Assembly (NCBI GenBank): GCA_903813345.2
Contig: CAIIXF020000001.1
Span: 30,380,001 to 30,444,000 of the forward strand
DNA length: 64,000 bases
Direction of reading: 5' to 3'
Source: Owenia fusiformis
Lineage: Eukaryota
In this document: positions 63,268-64,000 of the stretch, piece by piece
Position numbering within the stretch: position 1 is the first letter of the stretch
How the letters are laid out: each line of letters opens with the position of its first letter
Notes under the pieces: model-generated
Seen by the model: the letters and a program-made list of their open reading frames with translations, nothing else
What the model was told of the DNA's origin: nothing
The model's database searches: none
Program-made: the position numbers and the translations under genes

Positions 63268-64000
63268 TTAAACCCTGTTAGACTATTTTTAAAATGTAAT
63301 GCTCTGACAACAAACACCTGATTTCTTCCAATACAGAGCCCTATATAAAATAGCCATTCAAAAAATTGATGGATTGAGACAAAGATGGTTGAATGGAAGA
63401 ATGGATGAGAGGATGATTCTATGGCACTGGGGATCAAGACACAATCTCTTTATTTCCAGTTGATCCCCAGTGAATGGGCTCACATGGATGAGCCCAAAAA
63501 TAAGGATGTTGAATTGTATTGCTAACTGAACCAATCAGTATCATTATAGGACCAATGGTACATATCGTTTGGAATATAACTTATCTAAACGAATTATTAA
63601 GTTTTTATCTGTATAGTCTAGTATTATTAGGAGTGATATGTGAAAGTCACCACACTATAGCCATTACATTCTAAAAACTGTACATTGATTTTATCATTCC
63701 TCGTTAAGGTCTATGTGCAGTATGGCAAGTGATTTAAGACGGTCATAGCTTTCACAATGAGTACTTTCAAGGCATACGGTGGTTTTTATTAAAACAATAT
63801 GTTTTCTTTCAACTGAAGTCTTCATGATGATAAAAATATCAATCAAACAATTCGAAAAATTATGAATAGGAAGTAGGAACCCCATGTCAAGATTTTTTTC
63901 AAATTGTTGAACCTATTTACTCAAAAGAGGATCTTATTTTTCTGATTTTTTTGCATGAAAATATTATTCAACAAGGGGTCTAAAACATCTTCTAAAATAG

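Overview
AT-rich animal genomic DNA (an invertebrate by composition and intron style; not identifiable further) with one 500-N scaffold gap at 30232-30731. The + strand carries most of a spectraplakin gene (MACF1/dystonin/Drosophila shot family) from 4978 to 53136. Visible parts: three CH1 exons; a 22-kb CH1/CH2 intron holding two candidate alternative first exons (a giant 1560-codon exon with a 20-copy 11-aa repeat, and a 128-codon exon with a Cys/polybasic N-terminus); one CH2 exon; then, after the gap, spectrin-repeat, EF-hand, GAR/GAS2, GSR-repeat and SxIP-tail exons, all joinable in phase with GT-AG. Two extra frame-preserving cassette exons (27 and 90 nt) are not in the ORF track. The most striking structure is a 5477-bp intronic insertion (31809-37285) with the full DIRS1-type architecture: perfect 133-bp inverted repeats, an internal complementary region reproducing the circle junction, and a shared CA crossover. 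It has no long ORF and its interior is partly built from tandem repeats. There are also about nine MITE-like elements from several superfamilies, several minisatellites, and the last two coding exons of an unidentified convergent gene on the - strand.
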